Source: Phallusia mammillata
Taxonomy: Eukaryota
Assembly (NCBI GenBank): GCA_965637545.1
Contig: OZ281494.1
Location: 34,100,001 to 34,164,000, forward strand
DNA: 64,000 nt
Direction: 5' to 3'
Part shown: piece by piece, positions 1 to 13,324 of the stretch
Layout: each line of letters opens with the position of its first letter
How positions within the stretch are numbered: position 1 is the first letter of the stretch
The notes under the pieces: model-generated
Databases searched by the model: none
What the model was told of the DNA's origin: nothing
What the model saw: the letters and a program-made list of their open reading frames with translations, nothing else
Translations under genes and position numbers: made by a program

Positions 1-787
1 TACACAGAGGTGGTACAACAAGCCTAGTCACTATCAAATCTTCTGGTCTTCCTGAGCTAGATTTCATCATTAGAAGAGGCACATCTTCTTCAGGAATAGA
101 TCGAAACAGTTCTAACACCACTAAAGGGTTTAAATCCTCTTGAGCCCGATTCACCAAACTTTCCAGTTCTTTGTTGTGTTTAGTAGCGTTGTGAAACGAC
201 TGGTAAAATTCATCTATTTCTGGTCGAACTACCCTTTTTGTGTAGCTCTTGTACTTTTCATGAACGATCTTAAAAAGCCCACACTTCTTCACTGTGCCAT
301 TCATAGCTCCGCAATAAAAGCATGAATGGCATTTTCTAGCTTTGGTGTTGACTTTTTTGCGCAGAGATCTGAGCTGTAAATATGTCAAACCTGGTCTTTT
401 CAGTGTGTCCTTGAAAGTGTGCTTCTCAGGGGAGGTCAATAGCACTCTGCTGCATGATTTACATATAATTTGTAAAATGTTGATGATTGCTTTAAAGTAG
501 CCAGCATGGAAACATGGCAGCTCCAAATCTATGTAACCATAGTGACCAAGGCACTCCGCTAAATTTTTGCCACAAGTGTCACATAATTTGTCTTTTTGAC
601 TTGTGCCCATCCGTCGATCGAGTACTCCATATTCTGCAGCTTGATGGCTCTGATCTTGTGTGTAAAGATTTTTGCTGACACATTGCAAATGCGAATATTG
701 TCGCATTTCCTGAGCTGTTTGTATGCAAAAGCGAACTTCATTGATTTTCTTGGCAACATCGGCTGCACGGTATTGTTCCTTCACCAT
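1..787 (-). CDS. POLR3A: RNA polymerase III largest subunit RPC1, 5' part (runs off the left edge)
   Basis: Manual minus-strand translation from ATG at 787 is open to base 1: [20 protein letters not shown]...[46 protein letters not shown]...[22 protein letters not shown]...[23 protein letters not shown]...RLVVPPLC. This matches the N-terminus of RPC1, including the Zn-binding clamp motif CxxC...CxGHYG. Confidence 0.96.
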   Translation of the reverse strand, partial: MVKEQYRAADVAKKINEVRFCIQTAQEMRQYSHLQCVSKNLYTQDQSHQAAEYGVLDRRMGTSQKDKLCDTCGKNLAECLGHYGYIDLELPCFHAGYFKAIINILQIICKSCSRVLLTSPEKHTFKDTLKRPGLTYLQLRSLRKKVNTKARKCHSCFYCGAMNGTVKKCGLFKIVHEKYKSYTKRVVRPEIDEFYQSFHNATKHNKELESLVNRAQEDLNPLVVLELFRSIPEEDVPLLMMKSSSGRPEDLIVTRLVVPPLC

Positions 788-1790
788 CTTGTATGACAAT
801 GTATAAATTATTCTATAACTTACACATTAGCCCTAACATTCTAAACAAAAAAACAACATGAAATAACATTAGTAAATAAGATAAAAGTAAATTTTTTTCC
901 AACACATTTTATTGCTATTAAATCTTAAAAACAGTAAATTGTCTTTACAATATTTAATTATAAAATTTGTTATTTGTGTTAAAATTAGTAAATTATAACA
1001 CAAATAACAGTTTAGGTACTTTAGATATTGTAATATTTGTTTCAAGAGGCATCCAAACAAGTCTAATCTTAACATGCCTCCTCAAGCGCCCCCACAAGCG
1101 TCATAATACGCATTCCTTCCGGTTTGTTGTACAGAAAACAATAACACACTTCCGATCCGCCAAGTCTGCGGCTCTGCGCATTTCAGGTGAACCAAAATGT
1201 GACCTTCAAGCAAATTATGACAAAACAATGCTCCAAAACCAAAGGTCATAATAATCATACTGATGTCCTGTTATAAACATTACAAAACGACCAAATTGGC
1301 ATACTTTGCACCAAGTCGATCTACAAACACTAATTTACAATTTATCTCGTCATTCTCGTGTTATGACCGCAGGGCGCAGACAAATGCTAGTTACGTCATG
1401 CACCTCTACTGCCGCTAGCGGCCAATGTTTATCATGGATATGATTTCAATGTTATTTCCTTTTTTGTTTCACATTTTTGCACTAGGATGGCGCATCAACT
1501 GCAATTAAAGATTTTATGGTTATAATATTAGCATTTTAAAAAAGAGATCTTTTGGCGAGTCGACCTTGTAGTGTGACGTCATCTCAACATAAACTATCGA
1601 CCAATAAGGCGCTCTAATCCAATAATCCGAACTGCAGCAAGACACAAAAGCGTTTTAATACGACAACTAACGATTTATTTTCATTTGAACATTAAAAACA
1701 TGTCTGTTTGCTGACGGGCGAAAAAACTCGCCGAGTTTTTGTGTCTTTTAATTAAGTTTGCTTTGCGTTTCAAGTAAAACCATATGTTAG

Positions 1791-2048
1791 CATGGGCGCC
1801 GCCACGTAGGGGCAAGAGGGGGCACTTGCCCCCCCTTGAAATTTCAGTGTACCTCAATTTAACATATTTAGCAGCAAACCTAATTAAAGTGGCAGCGTGG
1901 CGATTTGTGACGTCGCTCAATGCTTTAACTTTAGGCAACTCAATTGTGAAGTACACGATTTATGGCTTCATATGTAACAAATTCTTGATGCGGTAAAGTA
2001 TCAGCCAAAATTTGCCCCCTCTTGCAAAATTTTCTGCCGGCGCCCATG
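1791..2048. mobile_element. hAT-type MITE (258 bp)
   Basis: TIRs catgggcgccg...cggcgcccatg; perfect 8-bp TSD tatgttag (1783-1790, 2049-2056). Confidence 0.9.
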
Positions 2049-2351
2049 TATGTTAGTGTTTAAAATGTTGTCAATGAAAGTGCATTGTGCCCCGAAAAAA
2101 ACACAATAACAAATAAACAAAATAAAACGAGGCCAGAAGCATTACACTTACAGCAAGTAAAATCTGTTATCAATCTGATTAATTTTTAACCGCAGCCGCA
2201 CTTAGCCGATATTGACACATATTGGTTGTCATATTTATTCGCTTGACTGCAATGAAACACAAATATTGGTCTTGCGCCGATTGTAGGTACACTTGTCGTC
2301 ATTCGTAATGTGTTGCTGCTGTTGAAACTGATTTAAAGACTACTCGTAAAA

Positions 2352-5300
2352 ATGAGAGACACCATTATCTGTTGCTTGCTCTGTTTGCTTGGAGCTTCCA
2401 ATTCGAGTTCTGTAGTGGAAAAACAGTCGCCACGGAATGGTATTGATTCCATCAATCAAGGTATTGTATTTCTTTATTTTGTTTAAAGCCTTATAGCTAG
2501 TTTAGGTAAGAGTTGTAAGCCGGGATGGACTTTTTAAGTCAGGTTCGAGCTTGTTGACTAAAATCTGGCTTAAATCAGGCGCAAATGTACACTTTACTAG
2601 AGTTTGAGTTGTATTTTTTTAATGTTCTAAGCCCTAATTCAAGCCTTAAACCATGGGTGGGCAACCTGCGGCCCTTCATTAAAGGTTGTGCGGTCCGCAG
2701 AGAGGCTTGGATTTCAAAAATACTGGCAAACGAGTTCAATTATTACATATTTTTGAGATGATTAATGCGCCTGATGCTAGTTTTCTGCGATCTCGCAAAA
2801 TGTGGCTTGAATCAAATACGAATTATACTTGTAGTTAAGCATATTTGGTAAGAAGGACAGCAAAATCTCTTTGTGTTATACACATGTGCGGCCCGCGATC
2901 CAATTTTGATATTCATGATTGGCCCTACAGTAACAAAGGTTGCCCATCCCTGCCTTAAACAAATTAGGCCTGGTGCCATTAGCTGCTTGGGATCCAATAT
3001 GTTGGGCCCAAATACCTGAAGTGTTATACAACATAGTGACTGTTGACCATTAGATTTTGTTGTAATTTGTCTGGGGTAAAGTTACGTACTACTATAAAAT
3101 ATTTTTTAAACAACACAAATTCGTGGCTTAATACCAATTCAAATCGTGTTTAACCTAAAAAATGTTAATAAAGGGGTAAACCTACACAGTAAAATTAACA
3201 TGTGGCGTCTAGTAACTATATCTATTGTTTTTAGAGTTGACAACTTGTCTGGGAATATGCAAATGCGATGAGTCTGTGGGGTTGGTTGATTGTTCCGATG
3301 CTTTACTTCACAAAATACCTCCGTATCTCCCTTGCCCAACAAAGATCCTATACTTGAATAACAACCAGATTCAATACATTGATTCCGAATCATTCCAATG
3401 CTTAAACTTGCTGGAGATATTAGATTTAAGCCAAAACGAAGTTTCAAAGTTGGACGAAAACAGTTTTCAGCACTTAAAGAGCTTGAAGAGTTTAAACTTA
3501 CGAGAAAACCAAATCACAGAAGTCGGAAATAATACTTTTGCAACTTTAAACAACACTTTAGAAGAACTGGATATGTCAAAGAACCAATGGGCTCCTGCCG
3601 ACTCGGACATTTTCCAGAAACCGATGCTGCAATTAAAGATTCTGCGTTTAGAAGAAGCCGGAATTCAGGACCTATATTCCTCCATATTTAATGGACTGTC
3701 CTCACTTCAAGTGCTTGACCTTACTACTAATATCATTAGCAGCTTGGGAACTGGGGGAAGTGCCCTTGCTGGTTTAAATAGCTTGGAAGAACTTTATCTC
3801 GACAACAACTTTTTTGCTTTCATCCCACAAGACAGCCAATTTCGGCATGTAAGGGAAACGCTTAAAGTTTTGTCGTTTGTGGGTCACTGGCGAATAAACT
3901 CGGTACCACAACTTAACTTATCCAAACTAGAGATATTCAATGTTTCGGGCTGTGCGCTGACCACTTTAGCGAACAACACATTATCTGGTATGCCAGCCTT
4001 AACGAGACTTGACATTTCTTACAACGGAATTCAGCTACTGCAATCACGTTCGCTCGTTGGTCCCCAATCTTTAACGCACCTCTACTTATCCTATAACTCT
4101 CTAGTCGCTTTTCCGTACCGCGCGTTGGTCGAAGCTCCTTCACTAAAGCACCTTGAAGCCGATTACCAGAACCTACTCAGAATAGGAGTAGCCCCTTCGA
4201 TGTTACCGCACGATTTTCTGGCGAACTTGGAGTATTTGTCACTTGAGCGAAATCTCATCATGTCAATTGAAACCGGGTCGTTTTTCAGCCGTTTGAGGGC
4301 GCTCAAAACCCTCCGTCTTTCCTACACCCAACTTAGTGAAGTGCCGCATGCCGTCAACGATATTCCGGCTTTGGAAGAATTGGTTTTTGATGGGAACTTA
4401 ATTACTAGGTAATGTGGCTAAAAGTAAAATTGTTTCGTCTCGATAAAGGCTGTTATCGTAAACAACTCGGCAAATGATAAGAAACTCAAGTGCACAAAAT
4501 CACAATTGCGTTACACACAAGTATAATGGATTGTTTTTTGTTATTGTTTTTTTTTAATCTATTATGCATTAAACCGTTCATGGTTTTTTTGCCAAGGTTT
4601 TTGTATAAATTCAAATTCAATGGCAATCCGTAGAATTTTTTTACCACAGTTCGGCAAATCTCCTTCATTGCACTTAATCTTAGAGATGCAAGTACAATAA
4701 ATTTTTATTGTTATTATAACCTATTTGAAACTTGCAATCTATGATATCTAATGTTAATGTGCTTTACGCGGGCAACACTTGTAACACAGTTTCTAGACTT
4801 TTTACAAATTTTTAGACTCGCTTCGTCGTCGTTACCAGTTTTCAAACCGACATTAAAAAGTTTAAAAATCCGCGCATCGTCCTTACTTGAAGAAATCGAA
4901 GACAGGACTTTTGCAATGTTTGGAAACCTACAATCCATAACAGTAACCGACAATGAACAATTACAAAACATAGCCAAAGACGCCTTTGTGGGTTTAAACA
5001 GTCTGACAGAATTGGACCTCACCAACAATGCTCTGCAAACCAGCCATTCAGAATGGTTTCAAGGTAAAAACTATTTTAAACGACTTTTAGTTGGCTAATT
5101 TTTTGTCGGTAGGTAGCAGCATTGCTGTTGGGTTTTGGTAAAAACGTACCATATATATAAACGCGTAGTGGTAATTTAAAATCCATCTCTTGAAATATGC
5201 TTGATTTGCTACCAATACTCCAAGCATATGTTCGCGAATTTTCTATGAAACATCGGCGAAAAAACAAAACTCGATATCTTGACATAACCCAAAGGTAACA

Positions 5301-8300
5301 CAGACACTATCAAACTTGACACAGGGGTAACACATTGAAAAAGTTTACCTGGATATATGGATAAAAATAAATTTCTAAAACACCTATTTTAGCTTCAATC
5401 ACTACGCAGTGTATAAACATATTTACGATTCAAACTGAATCTTTTTACAAAGATTCTACCGTTGCAGATAAAACCCTTCAAAGCTTTCTCTTTTCTGGCA
5501 ACAAACTCTTCTGCGACTGCAGCGCTCAGGATTTTCGCGACTGGCTTGGTACGGAACAATACAGCAACATCACGTCTACTGACGACATATTTTGTTACAC
5601 ACCAAGGTTTATGCGAGACCAATCCCTTATGTCGATGACCAATGAAGAACTAACATGCGGTTTAAGCTCTTGTCCAATTGAATGCCTTTGTCTTGACAAC
5701 GATTTTCAACCGTAAGTGATAGAAAATTTGGTTAGTAACATTGTTTGCTTGTCCAGTATTACTTTGCACTTTGCTGGTTAAATCTGGCCATCTTTCTGAC
5801 AACATATTACACACTTTCGAAACCCGGGATACTTTCAAGGACGAATCCCAATCAGTTTCGTATGTCTGTATGTGGGTAATGCACGCCAGGCATCTCGACC
5901 AAGTCCTGTCTTAGACTTTGCAGTTACAACACTGTCGCCTCCTTACGGTCTTGTAAACGCAAGAGAGGTGGGATTAGAACTAACAACAGTGCTGGATTAA
6001 CCATTAGGCAAAGTAGGCACGTGCTATCTACAGGCTAGTCAAAAATCCAGGCCAAAAATCCAATCATTGTCTTTGTGACAATGATTTGGCAACACTGATA
6101 ATTCTAATTTTTAGTTGGCAACCCTGATTTTCGAGCCACTTATAAAATGTGCCTACAGGCCAGCAGACCCTTAATTCGGCACTGACTAACAACCGTGAAA
6201 ATATGTAAAGTCGGCGCCAACCATTTGGCCAGCTACTCAATATTTCTAAGCGCTTTAAACATTTAATTTACCAGTACAATATTTAAAGATCAGATACAAA
6301 CACAAAGCGAATGCAGTCTGTCATTTATGGCTTTTGGTTAAGTTTAGCTAAAAGCAAAACGCATACAGGATTTAAAATGCTTAATTCAGGCTTGAAATTT
6401 CCTCAGAACCACATCAAGCATCGTGAGATTAGATTGCAGTCAAGCCGAACTTACAAAAGTACCGGAAAATCTGCCCAACACAGCGCAAGAACTCAGACTC
6501 GATGGCAACCAGCTGACTTTACTGAATAGAAGTTTGCTTGACATGGACGCTATCAGCGTGCTATACTTATCGAACAACCAGATATCAAGCCTTGATGTAA
6601 GTTTCTGTATTGTTTAATTACGTTTAACGCAATACGTTGAAACATAGTCTAAATTTTCAGTAATTGTAAAATGTCATAAAGTAAATACACATTTTAAGGC
6701 AGTATTTTTCCAGTAACGTACACAAGTTAGTTGAAAATGTGTGCATGAAATGTATGTTTTGTGTTTTTCTTACACAGCACCATCCTAACTAAACCCTTTC
6801 CTGAAATAAATAGTTCTATTTTGAGTCCAATCGAAATTTGTACGTGGCTCGTAATCATAAAATATTTGGTAAAAACTTAACCATTTTGACCAAATTGACC
6901 CAATCTCGGTTTTGCAGGAACAAGAGTTTGCGAAACTTACACAACTCAAGCAGTTGTATCTACAAAACAACAGGATACAGGAACTCCATTCTGCTATGTT
7001 TCGTAACTTAACAAACTTAGAAGAACTGAGAGTTGACTCAAATTGGCTTCAAACATTGGACGGAGAAATTTTTCGGAACTTAGGAAAACTTTTGTCATTG
7101 GACGCATCGAAAAACAGTTTGTCAGAATTGGGTGATAACACATTTTCCGGCCTTGTGAGCTTGGAGACTTTGGTTTTAGCTTCCAACATCATAAGCCAGA
7201 TTCATGAAAACGCTTTTAGTACTCTCATAAAGTTACGAGTTCTTTATCTTGCCAATAATCGAATTGTGACTATCCCGCCGAATTCAGTTTTAAACTTGCC
7301 TGTGTTGGTGAACGTCGATTTAAGTGACAACAGATTTCAATTATTGAATTCAAAATTTCTATGGTCCGAATCACTGACGCTTTTAAATATGGAAACAAAC
7401 GTGTTGGCCAGCATTGAAGACGACGCTTTCGCGGGTCTACCTAGTCTCCAAACTGCTCGACTGGGCGACAATATTATTTCCTTCATTTCTAAACAAGCTT
7501 TCAGAAACTCAACCAGTTTCGTGACTCTTGACTTGAGCGTCAACTCTTTTACAGAGATACCAGCTGAATCCTTTGAACCTTTAACCAAACTTTACAGCCT
7601 TTATATTGACAACAATCCTATTACTTCTCTTGCTGTTAATACAACTTCTCTTAATCTATCACAAGACTACTTGCCAAGTCTGAAGTCATTAAGTGCTGCC
7701 TTCACCTCCGTTGAAAATATCGGTGAAAGTTCATTTTTGTCGCTGGTTCCCGGCCTTGAAAGTCTGATAATGAACGATTGCGCATTTAAGGAGTTCCCCA
7801 CGCGAGTGTTGGAGCTTTTGCCCGAGTTAAAGAGTCTGGTTTTGGACTCGAACCGGTTTGAAGTAATCCGCACAGAAGATATTGCTTACCACGAGAACCT
7901 GGGCACACTGAGTCTACGCTTTATGAAAGAGCTTCGTAAGGTAATGTCTTTGGAAAACCACTGAATAAATTTTGCATTCGGCTAAACAATCGCTATTGTT
8001 TTTAACAATCTTCATTTTGTATTGACTGTCACAACAGAGATTGTTAAAACGTTTACAACAAAACGCTTTTACCTCATGCAAACTGCGCGGCATTTGATTT
8101 TTGATCAAGTTGCTTTTTAAGTCAGTGTATTGGGTTCATGTCATATTACCTGTTTGTCGCCTTGTTTTAACACTTAGAAACCAAAGTAATAATCAATGGA
8201 AATATTTTTTTTAAGATAAAATAGTAATTGTTTTAAGACGAGGCTACAACAAATAACAGTTCTTGTCTTTTTGCCTGGACATTTCAGTAACTGTTAGGCG

Positions 8301-9588
8301 ATAAATTATTGGCCAGGGTTGCGTCTTAACGATCACCGATCGAATTGCGTTGCAAAACTTGCAGGGTCTGCTAACTTGTATCTGTAATAAAGTAACAAAT
8401 TGAGTAACAAATTTTTCATTTGCGATTTTAGATTGAAACCGCAGCATTTTCTGGTCTTCCAAATCTCACCAGCTTAAAAATGTCGGAATGTTCGATAAGC
8501 AGCATCGCCTCTGATGCTTTTGCAAACCTCACAAAAATAAAGTCGTTAGATTTTTCACAAAACCTGCTCACTTTCCCTGATCAGCTGTGGTTTGAAAGTT
8601 TTGACTCGCTGACTTTGTCATCCGTTTCTATGTGGGGAAACCCATGGGTTTGTAACTGTTCCTCTCTGGATTATCAACAATGGTTGCAAGGAAATGGAAG
8701 CAGGTTTTCTGCATATTCTCTCGCGATATCTTGCTACGATCCTGTCTACTTTAAAGGTATGTATGTTTACTTTAGGATCAAGTGAGTGGTGAATAGTAGT
8801 TTATTGGGTGAGTGCACTGATGCACCGAAGTTTCGTTTGGCCGAAAGATTTCGGCCGAATACGCTGTTTTAGATGTTTCAGTTTCGGCCTGAACTTTTTT
8901 GAAAATTCGGCCGAAACCGAACTTATTGATTGTATGGAATTAATGCCTAAACTTTCATTTTCGCCAATACGAAATTTGATAAATTAACTAATTGTTGTAT
9001 CTACATAATACAAATCACGTGGTCTGCAAAATAGTACAAGTTTAGTAAAACGTCTGCATTGTGAAAGCGATTTTGGTTTGTCATGATTGAGTTCACTTGC
9101 ATCAACAACACACAATTCAGTTGAAAACATCCATAAGAACAGGATTGTCGGTTCGGCCTCATGTCCGAATATTCGGTTTCGGCCCGAACCATTTTAGACG
9201 GGTTCGGTACAACTGTTTAAGTGGGTGAGTCGGGAAGTTTGCATGAGTCAACGTGTTAGTAAGTGAGTGAGTAAGTAATTGGTTGATTGAGTGACTAAGT
9301 AACAGTGCGCTAGTAACTATATAATTGAGTGAAAAAATGTAAAAGTTATACTAGTTATGCAAAGCAAACCGATAAAATTATTTTTTAGGTACGCCAATTG
9401 AAGACATTCCGAGCGAGTATTTGTGCTTCGACGGAGTTATTACTCGTCCCGATACGACAACTCTATCAAATGGAAACGAGTTAAACACGACATCTGCAAT
9501 GATGACCACCACAAGCGGCGCTAGTCGTCGTTCGACGAAATTTATTATTTTTTTGACTTTGTATTGTGCTTTGTTGGTTTGGCAATAA
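2352..9588 (+). CDS. Secreted, probably GPI-anchored leucine-rich repeat protein, ~1175 aa; join(2352..2460,3235..4408,4816..5063,5453..5711,6407..6596,6918..7940,8432..8756,9389..9588)
   Basis: GT-AG junctions keep one frame (intron phases 1,2,1,2,0,0,1). Signal peptide MRDTIICCLLCLLGAS. LRRNT, LxxLxLxxN repeats, LRRCT (GNKLFCDC..C..P), second LRRNT (CPIECLC...LDCS), more repeats, second LRRCT (GNPWVCNC). Then an S/T-rich stalk and the terminal hydrophobic tail SGASRRSTKFIIFLTLYCALLVWQ*. The exon 4 acceptor could alternatively be 5468. Confidence 0.88.
2652..2952. mobile_element. hAT (Buster/Charlie-like) MITE in LRR intron 1
   Basis: TIRs catgggtgggcaacct...aggttgcccatccctg; perfect TSD ccttaaac (2644-2651, 2953-2960). 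Confidence 0.88.
5987..6184. mobile_element. hAT-type MITE in LRR intron 4
   Basis: TIRs cagtgctggattaa...ttaattcggcactg; perfect TSD actaacaa. Confidence 0.85.
8815..9215. mobile_element. Degenerate MITE with ccgaa/ttcgg subterminal repeats in LRR intron 7
   Basis: Imperfect TIRs (cactgatgcaccgaa...ttcggtacaactg) and many internal ccgaa/ttcgg motifs; no clean TSD. Confidence 0.55.
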
Positions 9589-10154
9589 GTCTTTACATTG
9601 ATGAGTAATTAACATGTTAAATTTAGCCTTATGGAGCTTTTTTGGCAATTTTATTTTTACAAAAATACAATTGCCAGGAGAGCTCTATAAAGTGTATGTG
9701 TTCAATTTAGGTTTGTGCGAAAGCTGTTGTCGACACTGATTATTTCCTGTTTTGCAATGCCGTTGTTTCGTGTACAATGAATTATCATAAATTTAATTAA
9801 ACGTTTTCGCTGATGATTTTCGACCTTTTGCATTAATGACAAACCCAGCGCTGGTTTGATAGTTTGGAATAAAATATATTTAAACCACGATCAATTGTAG
9901 TACTGCGACAGTTTACGCAGTACCGAAACCGAAAACAATCTGATTTCAGAGGTATGGTTACAGACAGGCGGATAAAATCAACAATTTTAAATGGCGTAAT
10001 AATTTTGCTGATTATATTTTGACCTAAACGGAGTCTTCGAAATGCGTATTTGATTTGGAAAATATCGTCAAAACAATTGCCGTACAAGACAAAAAATCAA
10101 CAAATTTATCAATCATAGTGTGCAATTCTGTCCTCTTGCTGATAACAAGAAAAT

Positions 10155-11581
10155 TTATGACTTTTTGGGCGACTTCAACCAAACTTGAACTTCTGAAATA
10201 AGTATTTCAAAATCCCGAGCTTGGTATTGCAAAGCAAATGGGATTTCCTCTGTCTGAATAAGTTCCATTTTGTCAGACAGAATCTCCTTGATAGTTTGTG
10301 AAGCTGTAACCGTCTGTCCGTCTTTGTCTAAAAATCCACCGATCCAGTTCTCCTAAATTTGTTAAGCACTTTGTTAACAACGTGATACACCAGTGTTTTA
10401 GCTACCTAATATTTTATAATGCATGTTGCAAGTTGCGAAATTAACATGGAATTTACGCAAATATTAGCAACAAAAGTTAGCATTTGTTTATTTTTAAAAT
10501 GAGGCGAAAATTGATTGAGTTGCCTAAATCTTAAATTGATGCTGGTTATTTTAAAAACCCAGTATGCAGTTTGCCGTTTCGTGCTTATTGTATTGCGGAG
10601 GCTACAGACTTGACTGAGTTTCACAGTTCATTCTTAACAAAGCTTATGACACAACCTTTGGTGTGAAATCTTCCAATGGGTCATGTGGAGACGCGATCAC
10701 ACAAATTCCATAATCATCCAAAAGGTTAGGAAGGTTCCTTAACACTTTTATTGGGTTCTCAAGACGCCCAATCACGTTGCTTATCACTACACAACCGAAC
10801 GTGCCAATGTCAGAAGGCAAAGCCTGGACATCTCCCAACTGAAAACTACACCTGCTTCGGTCCTAAACAAGTTATGTATGTTTAGTCAAATACATGATAA
10901 TGAAGTAAAGGTTCTTTTGAGCCTGCTATCACAACTCGCAAACAGATGCAAACTTACAATTGAATCTGGTATCTCAGCCAGCATTTCTTTTTTCAAGTCA
11001 CCCTCTTCACCAGCGTAAATTTTTGCTTTTCCGTTTTCCTTCAGTTCTTCACAAAACTCAATGAAGCCTTTGCAATAATCGAACCCGATAACTTCATCAA
11101 ATTTCGCTGCCAGGTTGAACGTGACACCACCAACGTTGCATCCAAGATCCAAAGCTCTTTTGTTGGTGCACGCCTGGGTACAAACATGGAAAACTGTATC
11201 AGCAATTAACAATACACGGAAAAATGTTCAATATCCGGGTCAACCCTAACGTTTGTTTTATGTAGACCAGCGATAACGGCACCAGAGTACATTGGAATCG
11301 AGGTAATCCTGCGCCTTTTTTATAAACGGTCCCTTTAAGGTTAATTTAATAAACGGTCTTTTCAAGGTTTGACGCACAAGGTTTAACACAAAACAAAGTT
11401 AAATAATAAAAATTACCCCGTCAACAGAATCAAGAGACAATTTAGACAGCTTCTCGACAAATTCGAAAGTTTCTGCTGGAATAAATTTGCTCCAACGCTT
11501 TTTGAGGTGGCGGGCGCCATAATGCATTCCTGTGAACAGGTTTAACCAGTCCATATGGTTTTTAACATAAAGAGACTCCAT
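10155..11581 (-). CDS. OvoA-Cterm-like SAM methyltransferase copy 1 (261 aa); complement join(11417..11581,10958..11173,10656..10862,10155..10352)
   Basis: Four exons of 165/216/207/198 nt with GT-AG phase-0 introns. Motifs HYG, RALDLGCNVGG (SAM motif I), DEVIGFD, EEGDL, GDVQALPSDIGTFGC, FTPKENWIGG, IPF..Q...R, VQVW. Confidence 0.9.
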
Positions 11582-12275
11582 GATCAACATCAATAACATA
11601 ACTACACAAAAACAAGTCGGATTCAGTTCCTCATTACTTACTAAAACAGATCGATATGTTTTGATAAAAAACTTCATGATGAAAATGAAATATTTACAAA
11701 ACACATTTTTCTCCTTTTTATTGCTGGTTCAACACCCATGGACAACGTCTTCACACATGCCCACCAGGTACTGAAGTTGTACAGCAGGATCAGGACACCT
11801 TTTACAATCTAATACCAATTACCGACATCTTACATGAAGTTTGGGGAGTCTTGTTTTAGCTTGGGAACAGCTATCAAACCAAAAAGTTAAAACAAGTCGC
11901 TGATCGAATGTATAAGTGCTTTGCACCAATGCGTGCCCTGGGTACCAATCTGCATCAGCCGAACTGCGAGAACATGAAAATAAAATCGTAATAATTCACA
12001 AAGACAACTTTTCATCAATCGTTCGCATCTATTTTTAAAAAATGCGACTACCAAATAATGCTTTCCTTGACTTGTGTCGCGTAATTCAACATAGACTGGT
12101 TTCCACTTGGTTCAGGGCTAATTCTTTTTCTAAAAGTTTTATCAAACATCTGCTACTCAAGCAGTTTCTTTTTTCTCACACGGCGCGGTTTCCTGGGAAT
12201 GCGACAAAACGATTTGTCTTGTCGTGCAAGACAAACTTCAGCTTTGTATTTCGAAATGAACTGCATGGTTTAGTG

Positions 12276-12573
12276 TTGGTAGTCAGCAACATAAAAACCT
12301 ACGGGTTCAAGATATTGCCTCAGGAAAATTCCGGTGAAAGTTTGTGCTCGCCGATGTTTACTTGAAGCAGATATGTTGATGTTAAACGGCAATGTCTGGT
12401 ACATGCTCAGTCGTTAATTAGCATTGTCATAGGCAAGACAAATCAAGCACACCTCGCTAAATGCGATTAGCAACACGCAACCGGACCGATACTTAATCCC
12501 ACATATCCAGGATTTTTACTGACTGTCAGGTGACTGTCAGGTGCTACGATGTTTTGTAAAATCGATCTGGCCC
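12276..12573 (+). mobile_element. Degenerate Ty3/Gypsy pol fragment (protease end to RT start)
   Basis: Frameshifted remnants ..KFVLADV..DVKRQCLVHAQS and PHIQDF..LSGATMFCKIDLA; homologous to 38570-38900. Confidence 0.7.
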
Positions 12574-13324
12574 TTGTGTGTTTTTCGACACAAACTTGAA
12601 GCACTATTCGGAACTTGGCTGCAACAGATCGGATGACAATTCTACAGGCTTTATCAGATGTCAATGTAACCATCCGTCGTCTGTGTTTAGCGTTCTTCTG
12701 AATCTGTTCCATTGCAGCACTTAGCAATAAAATCAACATTTTTGTCTCGATGTTGCTTGTTGTTTTGTTTTTTTATCAAAATACGCCTATATTATTTATT
12801 TGACATTTTTATTCACAATTTACAAGTTGTACAATGAATTTTAACTGTATATTATGATGCAAAATCTTTGTATTGGGGGCATTTCTTCCAAACTTGCACT
12901 TCTGATACAGCCAGTTCAAAATTCCGTTTTCTGTATTGATTCACAAACGGGATTTCTTGGACCTCAAGCAATTTCATCTTTTTGCACAAAATGTCTCTGA
13001 TAGTTTTCGAAGCAGTGATCTCAGTTCCGTCTTAGTTCAAATACCCCCCGAGCCAGTTCTCCTGTGACATAACTTTGATCATTATTATGCAACAATTGCA
13101 GTATTATGCAATAATTGCAAGAGTTCGACATGACGAATTAAACTTACGGATCCGGCCCGCGACGGGGTTTTGAGCGGCCCGCAGACAGTTTCAGGTCTTA
13201 CATGATAATGTGGCCCGCGGCCACAGTCTGCCGCAATCCCCCACTACTTGCTTACAGCGTCAAATTGTAGTTGTAACGGACAGTACGCTCCACAATAGCA
13301 AAAAAAATTCCCGCCGTTGCTACC

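Noticed and set aside
140-796. ORF-track calls 140..325, 559..768 and 596..796
   Set aside because: Antisense or off-frame shadows of the POLR3A coding sequence.
2352-9588. Toll-like receptor or VLR call for the LRR gene
   Set aside because: The stop codon follows the hydrophobic tail directly with no TIR domain; size and double-cassette layout do not fit a VLR.
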